The translations under genes and the position numbers were made by a program. From positions 82,956,001 to 83,020,000 of the forward strand of contig OX597822.1 in the NCBI GenBank assembly GCA_951406725.2: a stretch of DNA of 64,000 bases, given 5' to 3'. Positions 36,675 to 49,939 of the stretch are shown piece after piece. The notes under the pieces are model-generated. The model ran no database searches, was not told where the DNA came from, and was given only the letters and a program-made list of their open reading frames with translations. Origin of the DNA: Octopus vulgaris (taxonomy: Eukaryota). The stretch's first letter is position 1; every line of letters begins with the position of its first letter.

Positions 36675-36905
36675 TTCTTTGTCGTCTCTTGACAGTTTTC
36701 TTTAAATTGGTTTCTTTCGAATTAAGATGTAGTATCCCCCCTTCCTCCTATTTTAATGACAATCATACCTTTTCAAATTGTGACTCGGAGCAATATCAGA
36801 CAATGTAATTAATTCAACACACCCAGGCGAAAGATAAATACAGTAAACAACCACATACAATTTCTGTACGCGCATGCGCACGCACGCACGCACGCACGCA
36901 CGCAT

Positions 36906-36960
<55 letters not shown>

Positions 36961-37660
36961 CACACACATACGACTGTGCAATTACCGGGATACAAACCGG
37001 ACACAGCTTTCTCCTTATGTCAAAACACAACCGGACGCACACATACATACAAACATATCTACATATATGCATTCATATATATAGACATACACACACGCAT
37101 ATACACACACATACAGATGTACACAAACAATATAATTGGCTGAATGTGCAAAAACAATGGTAGGTGTATTCACATACACACACACACGCACACATACACA
37201 CAGTCACATACACATACACAACATAGAAGAATGCACGGATACACATACATTTATGGAATCACACATTTGTTGAATAATAGCGTCGTTAGTTACGTGTCAA
37301 ACGGACCAGTCACTGGTTCATTGACGGCAAAAGTTTGTGTAGGCAGCTTGGAGTGGCATAAATATCACGCATCACTGAAACACGCACTCACGCATACACA
37401 GATACATGCGTACACACATATGTATACACACATACACACGTATAATATGTAGGATAAACTTTTATATGTTATGCTTGAGATCAATTCCTGTTTGTTTAAT
37501 TGAAAAAGGTATAAAATCATATTGATTACCTGCGTAGTTGCGCACTGAAAATCTACTGCATAAGTTTAAATACAGTAAACCTATTTCTCTCCCTTGTATG
37601 TATGTATGTATGTATGTATGTATGTATGTATGTATGTATGTATGTATGTATGTATGTATG

Positions 37661-38957
37661 CCTTTTCTATTTTTTAATTATTATAAATCTTCCACTGAGG
37701 GGGGAAGCCAATATCCAACAACGATACAAAGCTCCATCTTTGGGATGTAGTTAACACAGACGAATTCACATTTGGAGCTTGAGAAAACTCTTCCACTCAC
37801 AGATTAGACTTGTACTGTACGAATTAGCTGGTCAATTCCTCTTCCTGAAAATCCCAGTTTATCCAGATTCTCCTTTAAGAATTTACTAACAAAACCTAGT
37901 GCTCCAATTATTATTGGTATGTATATGAATTCATTGTCTGGATATAGAAGCTGGAGATTTTGAAGCAGTTTTCCATAGATATCTTCTTTTTCTTTGAAAT
38001 TCAAAGAGATATATCTGCAGGGCAGCTGACCTCTATGATGATATATACCTTTGCCCCTCTGTCCCAAACAACAATATCCGGTCTGTTAAGCTTACATTTG
38101 ACAGAAGTTTTGATGGGAGTATTCCACCGGTATTCCTTGAGTTGGTGCTTATGAATATATTCCATAACAAAGAGATTTTCTAAGTTTATTTCAGGATTGG
38201 TATTTAGGCAGTGTGTTACAGATCTCAGGGCCCCAATATTTACATGTATAAACCTGAACTTGTAATCTGGATAGAGTAACAGCAGATTTTTCAAAAGTTC
38301 ATCGTAGTTCTCATTTTCGCTGATCTTCAGCTTTATGTTAACATCCGCTAGACATCTGATTTCCATAACTGTACACAGCTGCTCTTCTCTATCCCAAATC
38401 ATTATATCAGGTCTGTTGTGTTTATATTTTATTAAGGTTTTCACTAGGACATCCCATTAGTACTCCTTTTTATTATAAGTGGCTAAGGCTTTTACCATGC
38501 TGTGAGTTCTCGTTTCTGTGCTCTCGGGGTTATCCTTCCAATGGATGTCATTATAGAGTGTCCTAGCTATATCATGTCGCATCGATAGATAATGCCGTGA
38601 TGATATTTTCGGACGACTGCTTATGATGTGGGTGATATCGTCAGTGTCAACTCCACAAAGTCTGCATCGGGTGTCACATTTTACTGCTTTTTTTTGTATT
38701 TCTGTCCCTTTTGTGCATCAGATATTTGGTTTGCAAACATATACCCTTCAAAGTGGGAGGTAGTAATCTGGTTGTTGGTCCATAATAGACTGCTTTAATG
38801 ATCAATGTCACAATTATCTCTGAGCTTTCTACTAACATATCCATGCATGGTCTTCTGCTGATATACGCTCGACCTTTCATCTGATAATATATTACAGTTG
38901 AGTCGTGCGACTTCTTTGGGCATGTATTCTAGGTTATCAGACAAGGAATGCAGTACG
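37661..38957 (-). pseudogene. Two tandem R4/Dong-like fragments (CCHC-like knuckle + two restriction-like endonuclease segments + 3' UTR)
   Basis: RCRLCGVDTDDITHIIS...RHD; KHNRPDIMIWDRE...; then a second NRPDIVVWDRG...EVSCPAD...IPIIIGALG. The 3' end abuts (TATG)n at 37596-37660. Confidence 0.85.
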
Positions 38958-38967
38958 CATGTATGTA

Positions 38968-39815
38968 CAAGGGGGTAACCCCCAAAACTGGAATTTTGCA
39001 ATATTATTTTATTCACTCAGTTTTACATGTTTATATTTTTATCGCCGTCAAAGTATTCTCCATTTTGGAGCAATGCATCGGTCCAGACGAGTTTTCCACT
39101 GTTCCAAGCAGTCCTGGAACTCTTGCGAAGCGATGCCTTTTAACGCTTCTGTCGCTTTTTTTCACCTCTTCCATATCAGCAAATTGTTTTCCTTTAAGGA
39201 CTTTTTCATTCGGGTAACAAAAAAAGTCGTAGGGAGCAAGACTTGGTATATAGAGTGAGGGGGTGAGGTAAGCGGGGTCATGCCATTTTTGGTCAAAAAC
39301 TGTCTCACATTCAAGGCAGTGTGCGCAGGCGCATTATCGCGATGAAACCACCATTCTCCACTTTGCTACTGGTCGGGGTGTTTCTGTTTCGCAAACGCTT
39401 CAGAACTGCCAAGTGAAATGTCTGGTTAACAGTCTGACCAGGAGGAACAAATATTGTGTGGATAATTCTCATCGCATCGATGAAACAAATCAGCATCATC
39501 TTGACGTTGGACTTTACTTGACTTCGGGGCCGTGGTGACATTGAATGCTTCCACTGACTTGATTGCTGCTTCGTTTCCGTGTCATAGGCGTAGTACCAGC
39601 TTTCGTTACCAGTGATAACCTTCGAAAAAAGTTCACAACATACATTCAGTTGTGACTGTTTTTAATCTTCCATGAGCAAGAGAGGCACTAAATTTACTGC
39701 AATTCGTTCAATTCGCAATTCCTCGCTTAAAATTCATTGAGAGGAGCTCCAGGACACACCAGTCATATTAACAAGTTCGTCAATTGTTCGGCGACGGTCC
39801 TCTAAGATTAGTTTC
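38968..39815 (-). pseudogene. Mariner transposon, 3' two-thirds with right TIR
   Basis: TA|CAAGGGGGTAACCCCCAAAA terminus; ITGNESW, VPPGQTVN, PSLAPYDFF, WKTRLDRCI, GEYFDGD. Confidence 0.9.
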
Positions 39816-39823
39816 AGGGTATA

Positions 39824-40190
39824 TGGACTGCCACATTAGCTTGGCGATAACTACTAATATCCAGTGCCGCTGCCGTAGTCTCCTTTAGAGAGACTTAGAA
39901 ATATTAATATTTCTACTTTTGAAAACCAGTGGATGTATTCCACTGAATTAAGGTAAATAATCCTTCGAACAGACGGTTAGTGCTGGGTTCGGCTGCTCTG
40001 CATTGATAAGGGGCAAATACCCTGAAACTAGTCTATAGTTGCCTGACCAGCAAGGGGAACAGGCTGACCTCCCCTGTCCGAAGGTTATAATGGACACAGG
40101 TTTGTGTGTCACATAGCTAGCTAGAGGTGATGGCAGCATTCGTCCTATATTTCTGGACTGCCACATTAGCTTGGCGATAACTATTAATAT
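39824..40190 (+). mobile_element. Retrozyme-like / Penelope-like 330-nt unit with 37-nt terminal redundancy
   Basis: tggactgccacattagcttggcgataactaytaatat occurs at 39824-39860 and 40154-40190. The unit has an internal hammerhead motif and many hairpins. Confidence 0.75.
39998..40038 (+). ncRNA. Type I hammerhead motif with U3-A8 core
   Basis: CTGCA-TTGATAA-GGGG(caaata)CCCT-GAAA-CTAG-TC-TATAG; palindromic ACTAGT stem III; GUC site. Confidence 0.65.
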
Positions 40191-40213
40191 ATGTATGTCT
40201 CTCTCTCTCTCTT

Positions 40214-40288
<75 letters not shown>

Positions 40289-40295
<7 letters not shown>

Positions 40296-40503
40296 ATAAG
40301 AAAATGGAGAAGCACATTAGTTGGTTCATCAGCTTTAGGATATTAAAATGTTAACTTATTTATTTATCAAAACGACAACCATAATAACATACATACATGA
40401 ATAATATACTGTATGTATGTATGTTATTATGGTTGGCGTTTTGATAAATAAATAAGTCAACATTCTAATATCCTAAAGCTATTCTCCATTTTCTTATTTG
40501 TAA
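40289..40503. repeat. Foldback inverted repeat (~95-bp arms)
   Basis: ataaataagaaaatggaga...agctttaggatatt...catacatac mirrored by gtatgtatg...aatatcctaaagct...tctccattttcttattt. Confidence 0.85.
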
Positions 40504-40673
40504 TATAAATTAATGGTAAAATATTTCTTTACCTAACCCATTTAATACAATAAGTAAGTTTATTGCATTGCAATTAAAAACACTTGTGTATTAATAATTG
40601 GGTATTATATCAACAGTATATTGGATAAGTATTATCCCTTAGTGGGTTGGATCCACAACCCCTAACTTACTTG

Positions 40674-40724
<51 letters not shown>

Positions 40725-41181
40725 ACAAAACAAAAAAGTTGAACAAGAATGTAACAAAACACCCGGACAGTTAGACGATACAAAAAAGGACAGGAAAAAA
40801 CAAGGACGAATCATTCGGGGCCTTCTATCGTCAGTCGAGTTCCAGATCATCCCTGCCGTTTCGGCCAGTTGCACTCGAGACTGCTCCAATCTGACCGGCC
40901 CCAAGAAAACCTAAGCTAAGGTTTGGAAGAAAGCAAGCGAATGAATATGTTATTTTGACCTGAAGAGTTTTTTACCTTTTAAATTCATAATGCAATTTTA
41001 ATTGTATAATATAAATGAAAATGAAAAATTGAAACGTGCGTAGGTTATGACCCAAATGGGGTCATCACCCCGAAATATTGAATACAAGGTAAGTCTACAT
41101 TAACTCACATTTTTGTTTTCTTATGATTTACCTTGCATTTACCTCACATTGTTTTGGCCTTAACCACGATCCTTTATACAC

Positions 41182-41240
<59 letters not shown>

Positions 41241-42017
41241 CATGAACGGCAAGGTTGTGTGTTTGTGAATTTGTTACTTTAACTCTTCCGAGATTATCCA
41301 ACAGACCTAGAGGAAACTTGACAGGTGTGTGGGGCTCATGCCCATGCGGCCACTTACGCATTTGGAATAAAAAAAATCGATTTTTAATCAGCAAAATCGT
41401 AAAATTTCGGCATTTTTCGCACTAGCCATCGTGACATCAATTTGACGAAAAATGTTTCATGGGTATAAACAGACAGCTTATTAACGGTAATCTATTTAGC
41501 ATTTGCTAATTCTTCATTTCAATGCGAATTGTTTTGATTTGCTAAAGCTTATTATTTCAATTTGTTGTTTTAATTCCGTAGCGTTTCAGGTTTTGATTAG
41601 GTAAAACCATTTTATTTCTCAAGCATTTTGCGCACTGGCCATCGTGACTTCAATTTGATGAAATCTGCCCCAAAGAGTAAAATTTCGCTATTTTATGCAC
41701 ATGAACAAAAATGACGACGACACGGTTTCGCTACCAGACTCTGCTCATTTTTTCGTCTAATTGGTCCATCCATTAATATAGATTTAAATTTTTTTGAAAA
41801 CTGCCGAAATTTGACGAAAAATGTTTCATGGCTATCAACCGGGTACCTTAGCTAGTGTACACGTATACGCACACAAAAGAAAAGGGGATTTAATCTGTAG
41901 CCGAATACTTTTAAGTAGGAGTCAAACTTTTCTAATCAAATTGATTAGTGAAGGCCACTGTAATCCACATTGTCCGTAAATTTACATTCTACTGCCTCTG
42001 TGTGAGTGCAAGTGTGT

Positions 42018-42060
<43 letters not shown>

Positions 42061-42080
42061 CGCGTGTGTGTGTGTGTGTG

Positions 42081-42112
<32 letters not shown>

Positions 42113-42673
42113 AAAGACTCTCTAAATTTTTGTTTCACACTCTACCATGCAAGAAAGGACGTAAGAAAATTCTCGTTCCAGGAACGTCTACAGAGACAGT
42201 TTGGAATTAAAAAAAAATTTGCTGTTATACAACTGTGTCCGAAAATTATCTACCAAATTTGACTGAGATTGGCACGGAAACTTTAAAAAACAAAGACACC
42301 TAGAATCATTTCTCTCAGCAATCTGGAACGGCTGCAGTCTCCATCAGTTCGTCACTCCATTCGCTATAGATTCTATGTCTGAAGACAAAAAAGCAAACAA
42401 GAAGAAAAAAACTCGTCCCCACCACTAAAAAACAAAGAGAATATTCGGCCATCCATTGAGACGACATAAAATCCATAAAACATTGGAGGCATTGTTCCAG
42501 TATTCCTAAACCAAACCAAAGAACTATAGAACGCATACGATACTCGATGTAATTATCTAAACACTGTTAGAGAGCAAATCAACAACGTACACGTATACAC
42601 AGACAGACATAGACAAACACATAGACAATACGCAGCTTTTTCTGTATGCCGCCTCCACATATACATTCAGACA

Positions 42674-42724
<51 letters not shown>

Positions 42725-43039
42725 ATACACACATACACACACACACGCGTGCGCGCGAACGCACACACACACACACACACACACACCGCAAATACGCGTA
42801 TCTACGCATATTCGTTGCAGACACAGGAGACAATATAATTATTTGAACACATTCAAAAGATAATTAAGCACTTTACAGCCACATCTCTCTCTCACTCTCT
42901 TCCCCCCTTTCTCTCACTCACACACACACACGTACACACATACGTAAACACTCCGGCTCGCAACAACACCACACACTCACCTGAGACAATGTTATTATCT
43001 GAACAGATTCAGACAACAGATAAGCACATACACACACAC

Positions 43040-43962
43040 ACATCCCGATAAGACACACACACACACACATCGCGACACAGACACAGACACACACACACAC
43101 ACACACATTCCGATACAGACACACACACACACACATTCCGATACACACACACACACTCACATCCCGATACAGACACCCCACACACACATCCCGATACAGA
43201 CACCCCCACACACATCCCGATGCAGACACCCCACACACACATCCCGATACAGACACCCCCCACACACATCCCGATGCAGACACCCCACACACACATCCCG
43301 ATACAGACACACACACACACATTCCGATACACACACACACACTCACATCCCGATACAGACACCCCCCCCACACACATCCCGATGCAGACACCCCACACAC
43401 ACATCCCGATGCAGACACCCACACATCCCGATACAGACACACACACACACATCCCGATACAGACACCCCCCACACACATCCCGATACAGACACCCCCCAC
43501 ACACATCCCGATGCAGACACCCCACACACACATCCCGATGCAGACACACACACACACATCCCGATGCAGACACCCCACACACACATCCCGATGCAGACAC
43601 CCCCCACACACATCCCGATGCAGACACCCCACACACACATCCCGATACAGACACACACACACATTCCGATACACACACACACACTCACATCCCGATACAG
43701 ACACCCCACACACATCCCGATACAGACACCCCCCCACACACATCCCGATACAGACACCCCCCACACACATCCCGATGCAGACACCCCACACACACATCCC
43801 GATACAGACACCCCCCACACACATCCCGATACAGACACCCCCCCACACACATCCCGATGCAGACACCCCCCACACACATCCCGATACAGACACCCCCCAC
43901 ACACAACCCGATGCAGACACCCCCCACACACATCCCGATACAGACACCCCCCCCCACACACA
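43040..43962. repeat. ~25-bp minisatellite (CACACACATCCCGATRCAGACACCCC)n, roughly 35-40 copies
   Basis: Read directly. It explains all the long Cys/Val/Gly and His/Thr/Pro ORFs here. Confidence 0.95.
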
Positions 43963-44114
43963 CCTATAAACACTGTAAGTTTGCAAAGTTGAATAAATTG
44001 TTTTGCTTTGATGAAGAGAAATTAAAATTATTTCCTCATTTTGCGAAGTTTTTTGTCCTCACTTTCTGCCGACGCAGATCCACTAACTCCTTTTGTTTCA
44101 CCTTGATAATTGGT

Positions 44115-44402
44115 CCTCCGTCGGTTACGACGACGAGTGTTCCAGTTGATTCTATCTTACGGATCGTGAAATTAACGTGTAAGTGGCTGAATACTCCTCA
44201 GACACGCGTACCCTTAACGTAGTTCTCGAAGAGATTCAGCGTGAAACAGAGTGTGAGAAGGCTGGTCCCTTCCAATTACGGGTACAATTTATAGAGTGGA
44301 CTGGGCTTACATGAAATAAAATACCTTATTCAAGAACACAACACATCGCCGGGAACCAAACTCGTGACCTTACGATTGGGAATCGAAGACCTCTAACCAT
44401 TC
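44115..44402 (-). mobile_element. SINE family C, degenerate
   Basis: Tail shared with 4226-4607. Confidence 0.7.
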
Positions 44403-44431
44403 AGCTAACCACCATCACTACACTTTGGTAT

Positions 44432-44852
44432 AAACGCACACGCACACAGACGCACACACACACGCACACACGTACACACGCATACATGCACACACGTACA
44501 CACACACACGCACACACATATGCACATCAACGCACACATACGCACACACACACACGAGCACACATACACACGAGAACACACACACAAGAGCACACACACG
44601 CACACGAGCACACACACACGCATATACACACGCACACGCAAGCATACATACACACATACACACGTGCACACGTACACACGCATACATGCACACATGTACA
44701 CACACATATACACATGCGCACACTCGCGCGTACACACACACTTGCGCGTACACACACACTCGCGCGTACACACACACGCGCGCGTACACACACACTTGCG
44801 CGTACACACACACGCATACCCACACACACACCACGCTCCCCACTTACACACA

Positions 44853-44889
<37 letters not shown>

Positions 44890-44905
44890 ACACACACATA
44901 TATAT
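44432..44905. repeat. Degenerate (CA)n/(CG) and (CT)n microsatellite
   Basis: Read directly from the sequence. Confidence 0.9.
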
Positions 44906-45084
44906 ACATGGTGGTTCTCCGTCGCTAAAGACTGAGGATTCAGTGGTCGGTTCAACGCCAGGTAGCAGTGGGTGATGCCCTTTTTACCTGAAATTGATTT
45001 AAAAATATAAGGAATCACTTCTTAGTAGTAGCAGCAGCAACGGTAATTTAGAACTAGTTTAACCCCGACATTTATCAAATGTGT

Positions 45085-46210
45085 CCTTTCTTCCACTCAC
45101 AAGGCATTTGGTCGACCCGAAGCTATAGTAGAAGTCAAATACCCAAGGTGCCACGCAGTGGAAATGAGCCCGGAACCATGCGGTTAAGAAGGAAGCTATA
45201 TTCCACACGGCCGCATGGTTCTTGGAGGACGAAATATACCAGGAGTGCCACCCTAACTACCAAAGACCAGACCCACACTGTTACATATCTCCATTTTAGT
45301 TTTCATCCGAAATTGCAGCAGTCTACATCCATCCCACTCCACCCTCGTCCTTTTTTGAGAATAATTCTTATTAACGCAACACTAATGATGAAAATATTTT
45401 CCATTCTACTATTGAAATTTCAAATGATGAAGAATTATTTTCAGCTGACCACATTAGGAATGGCACTTTGTTTTTAAATATACGTTATACATGCCGAAGG
45501 CACACCAAGGAAATATTTACTCTCTTTTTACTCTTTTACTTGTTTCAGTCATTTGACTGCGGCCATGCTGGAGCACCGCCTTTAGTCGAGGAAATCGGGG
45601 GACGTAAACACACCAGCATCGGTTGTCAAGCGATGTTGCGGGACAAACACAGACACACAAACACACACGCATATATATACATATACTTATATACGACGGG
45701 CTTCTTTCAGTTTCCGTCTACCAAATCCATCCACAAGGCTTTGGTCGGCCCGAGGCTATAGTAGGATGTGGTTAGGAAGGAAGCTTCTTACCACATAGCT
45801 ACGCCTATCTTTTACTTGTTTCAGTAATTAGATTGCGGCCATGCTGGAGCACCACCTTCAAGAATCTTAGCCGAGCGAATCGACCCAATACTTATTTTTT
45901 TAAAAGCCTGGCGCTTATTCTATCGTCTATTTTGGCTGAACCGCTAAGTTACGGGGACGGAAAACACCAATGTCGGTTGTCAAGTAGTGATTGGGGTACA
46001 AACACAAAGACACACTCAAACGCACATACATAAACTTATATATATATATTTAGACGATGGATTTCTTTTAGTTTCCGCCTCCTAAATCCACTCACGCGGC
46101 TTTGGTCGGACCGAGGCTATAGTAAAAGACACTTGCCCAAAGTGCCACGCAATGAGACTGAACCTGGAACCACGTTGTTGAAAGGCAAACTTTTTACCGC
46201 ACAGCCACAA
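45085..46210 (-). mobile_element. Cluster of three SINE family A copies (45085-45215, 45520-45808, 45808-46210)
   Basis: Repeated family A head and tail motifs. Confidence 0.8.
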
Positions 46211-46551
46211 AAGGAAGAAATATAATGTTGGCCCAGATGAGAATTCGACTCAGACCGCTGAGTGACGGAACCAAAGCCGCAAAACGTTCTAATCGGATTC
46301 TCCATTTCCTTCATCACATATTTCCTCTTATGCAATATATTACCAATGTTTTGGATGAAATAAAATACCTTTGGAAAACAAAATATACATTCTATACACA
46401 GAGACATGTATATTAAATTTATATATTTACAAAATGGAATTCTTCAGATGAAAACCTGTCAAATTCATTAAATATAGGTGTCGAGAGTCTGTTAAGTTTT
46501 AACCAAGTATTACATCTGTTGTGAAGAAGATAACACGTTGTCTTAACCATT

Positions 46552-47080
<529 letters not shown>

Positions 47081-48249
47081 AACAGTTTGGAAAATTCACA
47101 TATAAACTATACTTATAAATAGAAAACTCCTGCGCGTGCCTTATATTTATTTATATATTCATTCTATACGAATATATTTCTTATTTACATTATTTATAAT
47201 TTCCATGGAGAACAAGCTAAACTGCATAACACATTGATATAACTTCTCAAATAAATAACTATTAATATTTTCATAAAATGTCAATAAATATCACAACTTT
47301 AAATGGCCGTTTCAGTGGTGTTAAGCTGATGCCAACCGAGTTTTCACGAGGGGAATATATGATAGATGTTATCAAGTCACATCGCTTGCCTCAACTTACA
47401 CCGTAAAAGTTTTGTAACGAAATAAACAACGACAAGTAGAATTGGTTTATTTTCCTGCTTCTAGTCTTTATCGTTGTTACTGTTGTCCAATTCTTGATCA
47501 ATACTGAACTAAAGCTGATATATGATCAAAGGCTTTCAAGCCGCGACAGCCGCGTCTTTGTTTTCTCAAACTTAATCAGGCGTATCATCTTATTATGACA
47601 GCTGTGGACCCTTCTGTGGCAGACGATAGGTTAGAGCTAAGAAATTCCTTGCTGAACAAGCTGCACAGATAATTTGTTTATAGCGAAGAAACATTTGTAC
47701 TGTACATTGGTTCACTCCCGTCATCAAATCGGCATTATCTGTACAGGTGTGCTACACGACATATGTCGAAATGATCGCAGAGCAACGTAAAACGAAGTGT
47801 TTTTCCTTAAGAACATAACGCAACGCCTGGTACAGGAATCGGAACTTCTATCTCGCCATCATGAACGCAACACTCAAACCACTAGACCATCCCTTTTATG
47901 AGAACAGTGTGTATTTAAAGGAAATGTGGCTGATATTTCGAGAATGTTTAATAACCATAAGGAGCATCCTCGTTAGCTTGAGTACATCTCCAGTATGATG
48001 ACGTGCAGAACCTGGTATAATACGCTTTACTGTTTATTGTTCGATGCACACAATTCTCCTTTGAATTCCATTTCTGTGTCGAAGGTGACCTTCATTGAAC
48101 CACTAAATAAAATCTTAGGAATTTGGATAAAATACTTTATAGGAATGGTTCTGTTTGTTTGTGTTTTGAGTATCGAGGAATTGTGAGGCGAAATTGTTTG
48201 TATCTGGCCGAGAAGAGAGAGTCCAATAAAACCTACTCGCAGAAAGGCA

Positions 48250-48850
48250 ACGGAAGACCATCTTTATATTCAGTCATGAAAATTCTTTCAGAATTACATA
48301 ACACATAGATGGAAGCAAATCACTACTGTTTATGATGGTGAGCTTTTACAATTCATCTGCGCCTCCTATTTCCAGAACGATGAACAAAATCATCTGCAGC
48401 AAGAAAACAAACAATATAGTTTTTCTTACTATTTTTAATGCTTATTCCGAACGAGAGAGATAGCATCTATCACCTCATACAAGTTAAAGATATCCTTTTC
48501 GTCAGAAGTTTCACCAACAGTCAGGTGATGGTTTTCACGGATTGTAGCACACACTTTCGCAATCTGGTTACCGTCCGTTGTTGTGGAAGGTCATCTCGAT
48601 ATTGGGGTTGTGTTTGGTAGATGTTCTCGATTTGAAACTTTGGTACCACACATAATATTGTATGGCCACAATACTCATAGGTCTGTAGCAACATCAGAAA
48701 ATTCTCAGTAAATGTACTCACAATTTGGAACAGATTTCACACAGAAACTTTGACCATAAACCTTCGATGTTAAACTTACGACATATCGCCAATGGAACTA
48801 GGCATACGTTCATTTTAGCACGTGAAGGTTAATGGCTAAAGGTCACCACT
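48250..48850 (-). pseudogene. Very decayed mariner/Tc1 5' relic
   Basis: Weak DDLP..RTV and HTH-like remnants on the minus strand. Confidence 0.3.
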
Positions 48851-48923
48851 GAACATTTGCGAGCAAGCTGCACTGGACGGTTGACGCATTCTTTGAAAGT
48901 CGGTTTCGTTTTGGATAGACCTC

Positions 48924-49085
<162 letters not shown>

Positions 49086-49195
49086 CTCGGTAGAATTAGA
49101 ACTCAGAACGTATAGACCGTCGAAATGCCGCTAATTATTTTGTCCAGCGTGCTAAGGTTTCTGCCAACTCGTTGCATTCTCCAAGCAAGTAAATT

Positions 49196-49939
49196 CTTTT
49201 CTACTCTAGGCACAAAGTCCGAAATTTTGGGTGATGGGCCAGTCGATAAGATCAACCCCAATACGCAACTGGCACTTAATTTATCGACCCCGAAAGGATG
49301 AAAGGCAAAGTCAATCTCGGTGGAATTTGAAATCAAAACGTAAAGACAGACGAAATGCCGCTAAGCGTTTCGCCCGGCGTACTAACGTTTCTTATTTCTT
49401 TATTGCCCACAAGGAGCTAAACATAGAGGGGGCAAACAAGGACAGGCAAAGGGATTAAGTCGATTACATCGACCCCAGTGCGTAACTGGTACTTTATTTA
49501 TCAATCTCGAAAGGATAAAAGGCAAAGTCGACCTCGGTAGAATTTGAACTCAGAACGTAGCGGCAGACGAAATACCTATTTCTTTACTACCCACAAGGGG
49601 CTAAACACAGAGAGGACAAACAAGGACAGACAAAGGGATTAAGTTGATTATATCGACCCCAGTGCGTAACTGGTACTTATTTAATCGACCTCGACGGAAT
49701 TTGAACTCAGAACGTAACGGCAGACGAAATACCAATTTCTTTACTACCCACAATGGGGCTAAACATAGAGAGGACAAACAAAGACAGACAAACGGATTAA
49801 GTCGATTACATCGACCCTAGTGCGAAAGGATGAAAGGCAAAGTCGACCTCCGCGGAATTTGAACTCAGAACGTAACGACAAACGAAATACGGCTACGCAT
49901 TTCGCCCGGCGTGCTAACGTTTCTGCCAGCTCACCGCCT
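49196..49939 (-). mobile_element. SINE family B multimer with 16-bp TSD
   Basis: TCCAAGCAAGTAAATT at 49180-49195 and 49940-49955. Confidence 0.9.

Noticed and set aside
43040-43962. CRISPR-like regular repeat
   Set aside because: There are no unique spacers and no cas genes, and the context is eukaryotic.
42918-43992. Long 250-350 aa Cys/Gly/Val- or His/Pro/Thr-rich ORFs (keratin- or metallothionein-like look)
   Set aside because: They are translations of a stop-free minisatellite, open in most frames, with unit lengths that are not multiples of 3.
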